Positions 33,587 through 42,094 of a stretch of DNA of 59,459 bases are shown here, piece by piece. The translations under genes and the position numbers were made by a program. A model generated the notes under the pieces. That model saw nothing but the letters and a program-made list of their open reading frames with translations, did no database searches and was not told the DNA's origin. Positions within the stretch are counted from its first letter, which is position 1. Every line of letters begins with the position of its first letter. The stretch is taken from contig JAZNUO010000108.1 of the NCBI GenBank assembly GCA_045592305.1, forward strand, positions 1 through 59,459. The letters run 5' to 3'. The DNA comes from Eubacteriales bacterium (lineage in GTDB: Bacteria > Bacillota > Clostridia > Oscillospirales > CAG-272).

Positions 33587-35452
33587 ATGGACGATATCAC
33601 CAGCGCGGAGTTCTCGCCGCCTCAAGAGCCTCCCGTAGGCGCAACACGGGTCAAGGCCTTTACCCGCGTACTCCAGCAATATAAGTCGGCCAGAAGCAAG
33701 ACCGAGCGCCGCATTATCGAATCCGAGAGTTGGTGGAAGCTCCGCAACAGCGAGTTGGAGGCCGAGGTGCTCGGCAGCGGGAAAGGATTCAAAAGTTCCT
33801 CCGCGTGGATGCACAACGTCATTGCCTCCAAGCATGCCGATGTGATGGATGCTATTCCCGAGGCGACCATGCTCCCCGTAGAGGAGGGCGACAAGGCTGA
33901 GGCCGAACTCCTTACGGACATCATGCCCGTTGTCCTCGAATATAACGACTTCGAGGAGATGTACTCCACCAATGCGTGGCGCAAGCTCAAGACCGGCACC
34001 GCTTGCTATAAGGTGGTGTGGGATCAGAGCAAACTCAACGGCCTTGGTGACATACATATCACCAGCGTCAACCTGCTTGACCTGTACTGGGAGCCGGGCG
34101 TCACCAACATCAACGACTCGCGGTACATCTTCCATTGCGAGTTGATCGATAAGGACATCCTGGAGGAGCGTTACCCCCAACTGGCTGGTAATCTCAAGGT
34201 CAACACGACCACCACGGCCAAGTTCTTGTACGACGATAATGTCATTACCTCCCACAAGTGTACCGTGATAGACGTCTACTACCGCCGCGTGGTCAACGGC
34301 AAGACCGTTCTGCACTACGCCAAGTACGTGGGCGATACTGTGCTGTACGCCACGGAAAACGATCCTGAATACGCCACGAGAGGCCTATACGATCACGGCG
34401 AGTACCCGTATGTGTTCGATGCGCTCTATCCAATCGAGGGATCCCCCTGTGGCTATGGCTTCGTGGACATCTGCCGCAACCCTCAGATTGCTATTGACCT
34501 GATTCAGACCGCCGCCGTCAAGAGCGCCATGGTAGGCGCAATTCCCCGACACATCGTGAGTAATCAGGCCAAGATCAACGAGGAGGAGTTTCTCGATCTG
34601 GACGAGCCTCTTATCCACGTGGAGGGTAGCATCAACGACACGCAGTTCCGCCCGGTAGAGCACAAGTCCTTTGACCCTGTGTACAACAACATCAAGGACG
34701 GCTTAATTGCCGAGATGCGCGAGACAAGCGGCAATACCGAGACGAGTACAGGCACCACCAATTCGGGCGTGACCGCCGCCTCCGCCATCGCGGCCCTTCA
34801 GGAGGCAAGCGGCAAAGGCTCTCGTGATGCTATTGGCACCTCGTACAGAGCGTTCCGCAAGGTCGTGTCGCTGGCTATCGAGATCATTCGTCAGTTCTAC
34901 GACGCCCCCCGCCACTTCAGGATCACGGGTCAGGACGGTGTCCATAAGTTCGTCACGTACACCAATCACATGTTGCAGGAGCGGTCTCTTGGCTCGGGAT
35001 TTGGCGTGGACTTTGGCACTTACAAACCCGTGTTTGATGTCAAGGTCAAGGCCCACAAGAAGACCGCCTACTCCCGCGTTGCCCAGAACGAGCTCGCCAT
35101 CCAACTCTATGACAAGGGCATGCTCAACCCCATGATGGTGGATCAGAGCATCCTGTGCCTCAGCATGATGGACTTTGACGGTCGTGACGAGCTCATCCAG
35201 AAGCTCATGGCCAACGGCACCATGCTTCAGAAGCTGATGACTTACCTTCCCTTCGTGGTCATGTACGCCCAGGCGAACGGCGATCCCATGCTCGCGCAGG
35301 CCGCCATGCAGGACTATGAGATGTATTCGGGCGGACAAGCCCTTGCATTACCTGCTGGCGGCGGTCAGACGAGTGGCGACCCTAACCCCGAAGAGCATGG
35401 TACCGTGACCAAGGCGCGTGAGCAGTCCCGCAACGCCACGCAACCCGCATAG
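33587..35452 (+). CDS. Portal protein
   Basis: 621 aa, immediately after terL and before the protease/scaffold/capsid genes. The call rests on size and synteny. No diagnostic motif was checked. Confidence 0.8.
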   Translation: MDDITSAEFSPPQEPPVGATRVKAFTRVLQQYKSARSKTERRIIESESWWKLRNSELEAEVLGSGKGFKSSSAWMHNVIASKHADVMDAIPEATMLPVEEGDKAEAELLTDIMPVVLEYNDFEEMYSTNAWRKLKTGTACYKVVWDQSKLNGLGDIHITSVNLLDLYWEPGVTNINDSRYIFHCELIDKDILEERYPQLAGNLKVNTTTTAKFLYDDNVITSHKCTVIDVYYRRVVNGKTVLHYAKYVGDTVLYATENDPEYATRGLYDHGEYPYVFDALYPIEGSPCGYGFVDICRNPQIAIDLIQTAAVKSAMVGAIPRHIVSNQAKINEEEFLDLDEPLIHVEGSINDTQFRPVEHKSFDPVYNNIKDGLIAEMRETSGNTETSTGTTNSGVTAASAIAALQEASGKGSRDAIGTSYRAFRKVVSLAIEIIRQFYDAPRHFRITGQDGVHKFVTYTNHMLQERSLGSGFGVDFGTYKPVFDVKVKAHKKTAYSRVAQNELAIQLYDKGMLNPMMVDQSILCLSMMDFDGRDELIQKLMANGTMLQKLMTYLPFVVMYAQANGDPMLAQAAMQDYEMYSGGQALALPAGGGQTSGDPNPEEHGTVTKAREQSRNATQPA

Positions 35453-35460
35453 GAGGATAT

Positions 35461-35775
35461 ATGATCAACGTCAAGTATAACCGCAAAGACCTTCATATCA
35501 CGGTGACGGGACACGCCTACAGTGGCGAGCCTGGGCACGATCTGATCTGCGCCGCCGCCTCTATTCTGGCGCACACAATCGCGGATATTGTGGCATCCGC
35601 GGAGGGCGAGGGACTCTGCAATTCGGCCTCTGTCCGCTTGGATAAGGGTGACGCAGAGATCTCTTGCTCCCCCGATGACACCATCCTTATCGCCATGGAC
35701 AGCGTCATGACCGGCTTCGCAATTCTCGCGAGCAATTACCCCGAGTGCGTGTCGTTCATCTGCGACGATATTTAG
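35461..35775 (+). CDS. prp: Prp-like cysteine protease (ribosomal-processing protease family, DUF464)
   Basis: ...ITVTGHAYSGEPGHDLICAAASILAHT...LASNYPECVSF contains the GHA...G-x-D-h-h-CAA-x-S His/Cys signature of Prp/YsxB. The size (104 aa) fits the family. Confidence 0.8.
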   Translation: MINVKYNRKDLHITVTGHAYSGEPGHDLICAAASILAHTIADIVASAEGEGLCNSASVRLDKGDAEISCSPDDTILIAMDSVMTGFAILASNYPECVSFICDDI

Positions 35776-35844
35776 CCGCAAGGCTTGATATATAAAGGGA
35801 CTCGCCGCCCCTATAGCGGCAGAATACAACGGAGGATATACCTC

Positions 35845-36861
35845 ATGCTTATCAGCAAAGAGCGGCTTGACCTCCAGCTCTTCGGTGCACCGGGTGACGG
35901 TGGCGACGGAGCGGGTGAGGGTGCCGCAACCAACACGGTCGCAACTCCTGCCGACGACGGGCAGCAGAAACTTCGGGACCTGGGTGTGCCCGAGGATGTT
36001 CTGCGGAGACGCAAGGCGCGCAAGGCTACCCCCAAGATCTCTCATGGCGACGAGGACGATGCTACTCCCGCCGACACCAAGCAGAGCAAGGGCAAAGCCA
36101 CCAGTCAGCCTACCGCCGCTGACACCACGACTCCCGCACCCACGGAAGCAACCCCGTCCGCCCCCTCCACAGCCACATGGGATGAATTCATGGCGATCCC
36201 CGAGAACAATCAACGCATGCAGAGCATTGTTCAAAAGCGCCTCGGATCGTCCAAGGCCGCGGAGGAATCGCTCGCTAAACTGGCCCCCGCTCTGGAGGCA
36301 CTTGCCGGGCGATATGGCATGGATCCCGCCAAACTGGACTACGATGCCCTCACGCAGGCGATCACCGATGACGACGGCAACTACGAGGAGCTTGCCCTGA
36401 AAATGGGCACGACTGTAGACCGAGCGCGTGAGATCTCCAAACAGGAGATGCAGAACCGCCGAGAGACCGCCGCCAATCATCTCCGCGAACTGGAGCAGCA
36501 GGGCGAGGCCTTGAAGAAGACCTTCCCGACATTTGATCTTCAGAGCGAGCTCCAGAATCCCATTTTCGCAAGGTTGACCGCACCCGATTCGGGCATCTCT
36601 GTGGAGGACGCCTACTTCGCCGTCCACCGACAGGACATTCTGACCGCCTCCATGGCGGCGGCTGCCAATCAGTCCGCAGAACGATTGTCCGCATCCATCC
36701 AGTCGGGTTCCAGACGCCCCATTGAGAGCGGATCGAAGGGTAGTGCTCCCACCAACACCAATTTCAGCTACCGCAACGCCAGCCGCGAGGAGAGAGCCGC
36801 TCTCAAGGCTCGAATCTTTGACGCGGCGGCAAGAGGAGAAAAGGTGTACCCCGGAGGATAA
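35845..36861 (+). CDS. Scaffolding protein with L27-like N-terminal propeptide
   Basis: MLISKERLDLQLF|GAPGDGG..., followed by a highly charged, Ala/Glu/Lys/Pro-rich helical sequence. It lies between the protease and the major capsid gene. I prefer the ATG at 35845 (SD GGAGGA) over the ORF-track start. Confidence 0.75.
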   Translation: MLISKERLDLQLFGAPGDGGDGAGEGAATNTVATPADDGQQKLRDLGVPEDVLRRRKARKATPKISHGDEDDATPADTKQSKGKATSQPTAADTTTPAPTEATPSAPSTATWDEFMAIPENNQRMQSIVQKRLGSSKAAEESLAKLAPALEALAGRYGMDPAKLDYDALTQAITDDDGNYEELALKMGTTVDRAREISKQEMQNRRETAANHLRELEQQGEALKKTFPTFDLQSELQNPIFARLTAPDSGISVEDAYFAVHRQDILTASMAAAANQSAERLSASIQSGSRRPIESGSKGSAPTNTNFSYRNASREERAALKARIFDAAARGEKVYPGG

Positions 36862-36908
36862 GCCCGTCGTGCATCTCTCCTCTGCACTACACACAAGGAG
36901 GAGAAACC

Positions 36909-38123
36909 ATGAAATCCGTTATTCCCATCATCACCACCATTTCCTTCATCAGCCACCTCGACCTCCAGCTTTTTGCAGAGGCAGGCGATGTCGTCAACAC
37001 CACCGCAGGCTATGTCAATGCCTACAACGGCAACAAGGAGAATTTCACCGCTTCCCAGACCCTCGACCCCACCATCAAGGAGTTCTACGACACCGAGCTT
37101 CTGGAGAACGCCCGCATGGAGATGTTCTTCACGCAGTTCGCGTTCAAGAAGCGTCTTCCCGCCAATTCCGGTCGGAGCATGGAGTTCCGTAAGTGGAATA
37201 CCTTTGCTCGCGCAGGCAAGCTTCAGGAGGGTGTCATTCCCACCGGACAGAAGTTCGGCATGAGCTCCAAGATGTGCTCCATCGATCAGTACGGTACCTA
37301 CGCAACCATCTCCGATGTTCTGGAACTGCACGCCTACGACCCCGTGATTCTCGGCGCCACCGAGGAGATGGGAGCATCCGCCGCCGAAACTCAGGAGGTG
37401 CTGACTCGTGACGCGCTTCTGACCAACCCCTGTGTTCTGTACTGCGACAACATCAATGTGGAGACCAACGCCAAGGTCGGCGATACACCCGTCAACTGCG
37501 CCGAGATGGAGGCCACCTCTTCTGTCAGGTCCATTCTGACCGACCGTATGGTAAACCGTGCCGCCACCTATCTCAAGAAGCATAAGGTGCCCAAGATCAA
37601 CGGTCGCTACTACGCCATTATCCATCCTTCCGTCTCCGAGGATCTTCGCAATTGCCCCGGCTGGCGCGAGGCTCATGTGTATGCCAGTCCCGAGGAGATT
37701 TTCCTGGGTGAGATCGGCGAACTGCACAAGGTTCGTTTCATCGAGGACACTGACGCGCCTGTTCTGGGAGGCACGAGATACCAGAACAAAGCCGGAACCG
37801 TCACCTACGCCACCTACTTCTTCGGTAAGGACGCTTATGGTGTCCCCGACCCCGAGGGTGGCAATCTGGAGATGATCGTCAAGACCAAGGAGCAGGTTGG
37901 CGGTCCTCTGAACCAGTTCAGCACGGTGGGCTATAAGTTCGAGACCGGTTGCATCATTCTGTACTCCGAGAGACTGCTTCGTGTCATGTCCTGCTCCGAG
38001 TACAGCGACATCGACGAGGCCACCTATTCGGCGTCTGCCGCTACCACCGAGACTCCCGATCCCGATCCCGAGACTCCCGATCCCGAGACTCCCGATTCCG
38101 AGACTCCCGATTCCGAGGAATAA
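36909..38123 (+). CDS. Major capsid protein (HK97-fold, N4-gp56-like family by recollection) with L27-like propeptide and repetitive acidic C-terminal tail
   Basis: MKSVIPIITTISFISHLDLQLF|AEAGD.... The core ...FRKWNTFARAGKLQEGVIPTGQ...QYGTYATISDV... resembles that capsid family. Strong SD AAGGAGGAG. The position after the scaffold gene fits. Confidence 0.85.
   Translation: MKSVIPIITTISFISHLDLQLFAEAGDVVNTTAGYVNAYNGNKENFTASQTLDPTIKEFYDTELLENARMEMFFTQFAFKKRLPANSGRSMEFRKWNTFARAGKLQEGVIPTGQKFGMSSKMCSIDQYGTYATISDVLELHAYDPVILGATEEMGASAAETQEVLTRDALLTNPCVLYCDNINVETNAKVGDTPVNCAEMEATSSVRSILTDRMVNRAATYLKKHKVPKINGRYYAIIHPSVSEDLRNCPGWREAHVYASPEEIFLGEIGELHKVRFIEDTDAPVLGGTRYQNKAGTVTYATYFFGKDAYGVPDPEGGNLEMIVKTKEQVGGPLNQFSTVGYKFETGCIILYSERLLRVMSCSEYSDIDEATYSASAATTETPDPDPETPDPETPDSETPDSEE
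38049..38114 (+). repeat. 15-bp tandem repeats at the 3' end of the capsid gene
   Basis: GAGACTCCCGAT(C/T)CC occurs 4 times (the first copy carries an extra CCCGAT). It encodes ETPDPDPETPDPETPDSETPDSEE. Confidence 0.9.
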
Positions 38124-38182
38124 TGTTAACCCCCAAGCGGGGGCATTGAGTCCCCCGCTCCCCACAGAAAGGAGGCCTTAAT

Positions 38183-38455
38183 ATGGCCAAGAAGTCCAAC
38201 AATGTCGCTTCTTCCAACGTAAGAGACAAGAAACGCGAGCTTGTTCCTTACACCCCTCCCCGCGCCAGAGCGGGAGAAGACCCGAACCTGTATGCCTCTG
38301 TCAACGGTAAGTCCTATCTTCTCCCCCGCGGCAAGGTGTCCATGATTCCCCGCTTCGTGTATGACGAAATCAAACGCGCAGAGGAAGCCGAGGAAATCAT
38401 GGCCGTTCACGAGGCGGAGCTTTCCGAGAAGTCCCGACAGACTCGAAACGAGTAA
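38183..38455 (+). CDS. Hypothetical virion-module protein
   Basis: 90 aa, basic N-terminus, SD AAAGGAGG. A strong terminator follows. Confidence 0.55.
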   Translation: MAKKSNNVASSNVRDKKRELVPYTPPRARAGEDPNLYASVNGKSYLLPRGKVSMIPRFVYDEIKRAEEAEEIMAVHEAELSEKSRQTRNE

Positions 38456-38467
38456 CGCACCCAGTCA

Positions 38468-38494
38468 AGAAGGAGCCCCGCGCTCCTTCTTTTT
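38468..38494 (+). terminator. Rho-independent terminator inside the late region
   Basis: AGAAGGAGC (38468-38476) pairs with GCTCCTTCT (38482-38490): a perfect 9-bp stem with a 5-nt loop, then TTTT. Confidence 0.7.
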
Positions 38495-38511
38495 GATAAG
38501 GAGGAACCACC

Positions 38512-38886
38512 ATGACCATCAACGAAGCAATTCAGCGGGTCGATTCTCTCGTCCCGAACACGTTTGCGGAGCTGGATAAGGTCTACTGGCTGTCCACTCT
38601 TGACGCCAGGATCAAGCTCGAAGTCATAGACATACACGAGGGCGGTGACGATGTTCCCTTCTCCGAGTATGACGAGAGCACAGACACCTGCACCTCTTTG
38701 CTGGCACCGTCTGCGTATTCCGAGCTTTATATCCACTTCCTCGAATCCAAGATCCACTACTACAACAAAGAGACCGACTCCTATAACAACGCTATCATCA
38801 TGTTCAACCATGTGTTTGAGGCGTACAAGGAGTGGTATCACCGCACCCATAGGCCCCTTCGGCCCAAGCGCGGATTCCACCACTGA
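38512..38886 (+). CDS. Putative head-tail adaptor/head-completion protein
   Basis: 124 aa, SD AAGGAGG. The call rests on its position after the capsid gene. The N-terminus INEAIQRVDSLVPNTF...KVYWLSTLD is of the kind seen in small connector proteins. Weak call. Confidence 0.45.
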   Translation: MTINEAIQRVDSLVPNTFAELDKVYWLSTLDARIKLEVIDIHEGGDDVPFSEYDESTDTCTSLLAPSAYSELYIHFLESKIHYYNKETDSYNNAIIMFNHVFEAYKEWYHRTHRPLRPKRGFHH

Positions 38887-38898
38887 GGAGGCGAGCCT

Positions 38899-40641
38899 AT
38901 GTCTTATCCGATCATCAACTCGACACTCGATACGGTCGACATGATCGACATCTTCCGTGGCTATAACCATAATCTTCGCATCGGCAGCGGGGAATTCTAC
39001 GACATGAAGAATCTTTCGTCGGACGAGTTCCCTGTCCTGTCCCCGAGAAAAGGGCGTAGCGTCCTGACAGCCGGCATGCTCCGTTGTCAAGGGCTGATTG
39101 CCAAGGAGTCCCTCTGCTACGTGTATGGCGGGGAATTCTACATCGACGGCAATTATATCCCCTTGAATCTTGACACAGTAACGCAGAAAACCATGGTATC
39201 CATGGGAGCCTACGTGCTCATTTTCCCCGACAAGAAGTACGTCAACACCAAAAATCTGGAGGACTACGGCGATATTGAGGCATCGGTCGAGGTCAAAAGT
39301 GTTGTCACTATTACACCGAGTAGCCTTGACGGTACTGCTCTCTACCCAGTCAAACAGTATCTCGCCCCCGAAGACCCCAGCCACGGCACCGTGTGGTACA
39401 ACACGTCCGAAAGAAAACTTTTGCAGTACGACGCAAATGAGGCCGTATGGGTACCGATAGCAACCACATATATACGAATCTCATCCCCGGGCATTGGCTC
39501 ACCCTTCGCCGAGATGGATAGCGTAAAAATCTCTGGAATACCCGGCGGTATATTGACTGACCTCAACGGGCAGTCCATTATTTGGGCGCGCGGTGACGAT
39601 TACATCGTCGTTGAGGGACTTCTCCCCTACTCAGTCAGGAGGGAGATCGCGCTGACGGTGACCAGAGAAATCCCCGACATGGACTTCGTTATCGAGGCGG
39701 GGAACCGCGTTTGGGGTTGCCGATACGGAGAATCCCGCGACGGCAAGTTTGTCAATGAAATTTACGCCTCTAAACTGGGCGATTTCCGCAACTGGCACTT
39801 CTTCGCTGGAGTAAGTACGGATGCATACACGGCTTCTGTTGGCAGTGACGGTGCTTTTACCGGCGCAGTTAACTACATGGGATCTCCCCTGTTTTTTAAG
39901 GAGACCTGTATGCACAAGATCTTCGGTACTTATCCGTCCAACTACCAGATTCAGGACACTCCTTGCAGAGGCGTTCAGAGCGGCTGCTCACGCAGTCTCG
40001 CCGTGGTCGACGAGGTTCTGTACTACAAGTCCAGATCTGGCGTGTGCGCCTACGATGGTTCCATGCCGATTGAAGTGTCCGCGGCTCTTGGAGACATCCC
40101 GTACAGTCAAGCTGTGGCGGGTAGCCTTGGCCACAAATATTACATCTCCATGCTGGACGGCAGCGGTGTACCCTACATGTTCGTGTACGACACCCAGCGC
40201 GGTCTCTGGCACAAGGAGGACAACGCGAGAGCCTATGAGTTCTGCTCCTTCGGGGACTGCCTGTACTATCTGGACGCGGGTCCCGATACCGCCTCCCGCC
40301 GTATCATGACCATCAACAGTCACGGCGGCGGCGACGAGAAGGTATCGTGGATGGCAGAGACTGGAGTCATTGGCACCGACTCTCCCTACCGTAACTACAT
40401 CAAGCGCATTGACGTCCGCATGTCTCTGGAGTTTGACTCGAATGTGTCCTTTTACATTCAATACGACTCCTGCGGTGACTGGGAGCACGTCTACACGGCG
40501 AGCTACCGCCCCCTGTCCAGTTTCTCCGTCCCTATTCGCCCTCACCGTTGCGATCACCTCCGTATTCGCATTATCGGAAGCGGCGAGGCAAAAATCTATT
40601 CTATTGTGAAGCATATCGGAAAGGGGAGCAACCTGTCATGA
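38899..40641 (+). CDS. Virion structural protein (580 aa; possible tail/nozzle component)
   Basis: A large ORF in the tail-gene position with SD GAGGAGG. The sequence is beta-rich with repeated G/Y/W-containing strands. No motif recognised. Confidence 0.55.
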   Translation: MSYPIINSTLDTVDMIDIFRGYNHNLRIGSGEFYDMKNLSSDEFPVLSPRKGRSVLTAGMLRCQGLIAKESLCYVYGGEFYIDGNYIPLNLDTVTQKTMVSMGAYVLIFPDKKYVNTKNLEDYGDIEASVEVKSVVTITPSSLDGTALYPVKQYLAPEDPSHGTVWYNTSERKLLQYDANEAVWVPIATTYIRISSPGIGSPFAEMDSVKISGIPGGILTDLNGQSIIWARGDDYIVVEGLLPYSVRREIALTVTREIPDMDFVIEAGNRVWGCRYGESRDGKFVNEIYASKLGDFRNWHFFAGVSTDAYTASVGSDGAFTGAVNYMGSPLFFKETCMHKIFGTYPSNYQIQDTPCRGVQSGCSRSLAVVDEVLYYKSRSGVCAYDGSMPIEVSAALGDIPYSQAVAGSLGHKYYISMLDGSGVPYMFVYDTQRGLWHKEDNARAYEFCSFGDCLYYLDAGPDTASRRIMTINSHGGGDEKVSWMAETGVIGTDSPYRNYIKRIDVRMSLEFDSNVSFYIQYDSCGDWEHVYTASYRPLSSFSVPIRPHRCDHLRIRIIGSGEAKIYSIVKHIGKGSNLS

Positions 40642-41210
40642 TACAAATTCCAAAGCCCCCGCCCTTATCGGGCAAAAACACCACCGAGCAATTGGAGACG
40701 ATCCGCACCTATCTGACAATAGTTGTGGAGCAGATCAACTGGGCACTCAGTCATATCGAGGCCTCCTTGGAGTCCGTCAAGGGCAACACCGATAAGCCCT
40801 CTGTCGTACAGTCAACGCCCCCGAAGTATATCGCTCAAGTCGCACAGGTTGATGGGTGGGACATTGCATTATACCTTGATAACACGTGTGAAATGGAGAC
40901 CACGGTCAGCGTGACCCCCGAGAGCGGTTCGTCAAACAACATAAATGGCGTTCTCACATACATTTCCGAGCCTTTTGAGGAGGCATTGCCTGTTAAACTG
41001 TCACATGGAGTCGTTACAGGAGAGGATCTCACTGAGAATCGTCCTGTTTTCGGATTCACGAACGATGAAGGAAATAACATAATCTATGTGCTCAAAAGCC
41101 AGAGAATGTATTCGGGAACAAAACTGCACGAGGTGCGCCTGAAAGTGTCCGGCAATATCGCAAGTCTTGCGGAGATACCATCCGCGTTAGGAGGTGAAAC
41201 GAATGAATGA
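40638..41210 (+). CDS. Hypothetical virion-module protein
   Basis: 190 aa, ATGA overlap with the upstream gene, SD GGGGAG. Confidence 0.55.
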   Translation: MIQIPKPPPLSGKNTTEQLETIRTYLTIVVEQINWALSHIEASLESVKGNTDKPSVVQSTPPKYIAQVAQVDGWDIALYLDNTCEMETTVSVTPESGSSNNINGVLTYISEPFEEALPVKLSHGVVTGEDLTENRPVFGFTNDEGNNIIYVLKSQRMYSGTKLHEVRLKVSGNIASLAEIPSALGGETNE

Positions 41211-42081
41211 CAAGAAATATCAGGCTTACTACAGTTACTTTGACGATAAGACCATCACGGGGTCTGTAGGACCCGGTGGAATTCTCAGGCTTACAAATGA
41301 GCATAAACGTCCTGATGGAGTCCCCAGGATTCCAACCAAGCCCAAAGGTACTCCCTCTGTCAATGCCTTTGTCAGCAACGCCAAGCAGAGCCAGAAGACA
41401 ATGGAGCGCCTGCTGGGCGGCCCCGTCCCGAGCTTACCGAGCAAGCCAAGCACCCAGAACAGTCATGTGTTCTCGCATTCGCCCGAGCTTGGCATGAAAA
41501 GGATCAATCAGACGCTCAACCCCATGCTCAATCCTTCCCCGCCTCCCCCATTTCTCCCCGTTATGGGAGAGGATCAGCAGGTCGGCAACCCCTCCATACA
41601 GGTTGACGAGGTAGCGCTGTTCGATCAATACGCTGATTACTACAAGCGTCAAGGCAAGCTCGCCATGGAGGACACTATCGGCAGGGCTGCGGCCTTGACG
41701 GGTGGCTATGGCAATTCCTACGCTGAGGTTGCGGGTAATCAAGTGTATGACTCTCATATCGCCGATTATCTCAAGGTAATCAACGGGACTTCCAAGTCCG
41801 TCGGCAACGGAGCGACCGGCAGTTGGTTGGACGACCTGATTGGAGACCAGACCAGCACAGGGTTCACAGGCACTACCGCACAGGAGGCGCAAGCCTACGT
41901 ACAGTCCCAAGGACTCCCCGCCGATTCCCTCGCAGACCTTATGTCTGATGCCGAGTGGAGACGGCAGAAGGCACTTCATCTCCGCCACGGTGGCGGTGGT
42001 GTTGAAGTGACCGAATACGATACATACGCCGAATATCTCGCCGCTTTCGTGGCCTATGTTACGGAAGTGTACAACGGCTAA
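41203..42081 (+). CDS. Hypothetical virion-module protein (Pro-rich middle)
   Basis: 292 aa. The ATG at 41203 lies 8 nt after GGAGG. It overlaps the upstream gene by 8 nt and ends 13 nt before the giant gene start. Confidence 0.55.
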   Translation: MNDKKYQAYYSYFDDKTITGSVGPGGILRLTNEHKRPDGVPRIPTKPKGTPSVNAFVSNAKQSQKTMERLLGGPVPSLPSKPSTQNSHVFSHSPELGMKRINQTLNPMLNPSPPPPFLPVMGEDQQVGNPSIQVDEVALFDQYADYYKRQGKLAMEDTIGRAAALTGGYGNSYAEVAGNQVYDSHIADYLKVINGTSKSVGNGATGSWLDDLIGDQTSTGFTGTTAQEAQAYVQSQGLPADSLADLMSDAEWRRQKALHLRHGGGGVEVTEYDTYAEYLAAFVAYVTEVYNG

Positions 42082-42094
42082 AGGAGGTAATCTC

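Noticed and set aside
38124-38160. Two mutually exclusive GC hairpins right after the capsid gene (CCCCC-aagc-GGGGG at 38130-38143; GCGGGGG...CCCCCGC at 37-43/52-58)
   Set aside because: No U-tract follows, so I did not call a terminator. They may be an mRNA-stabilising or attenuating structure, but the sequence alone gives no way to tell.
414-42094. Longer N-terminal extensions offered by the ORF track (e.g. 414, 5138, 16762, 17667, 19406, 19986, 20005, 20315, 23153, 23515, 26567, 29934, 31495, 35785, 40548, 42056)
   Set aside because: In each case an internal ATG (or TTG at 20242) has a proper GGAGG-type SD at 5-10 nt and abuts or overlaps the preceding gene's stop. The extension would overlap the upstream gene or a promoter and translates to an atypical sequence.
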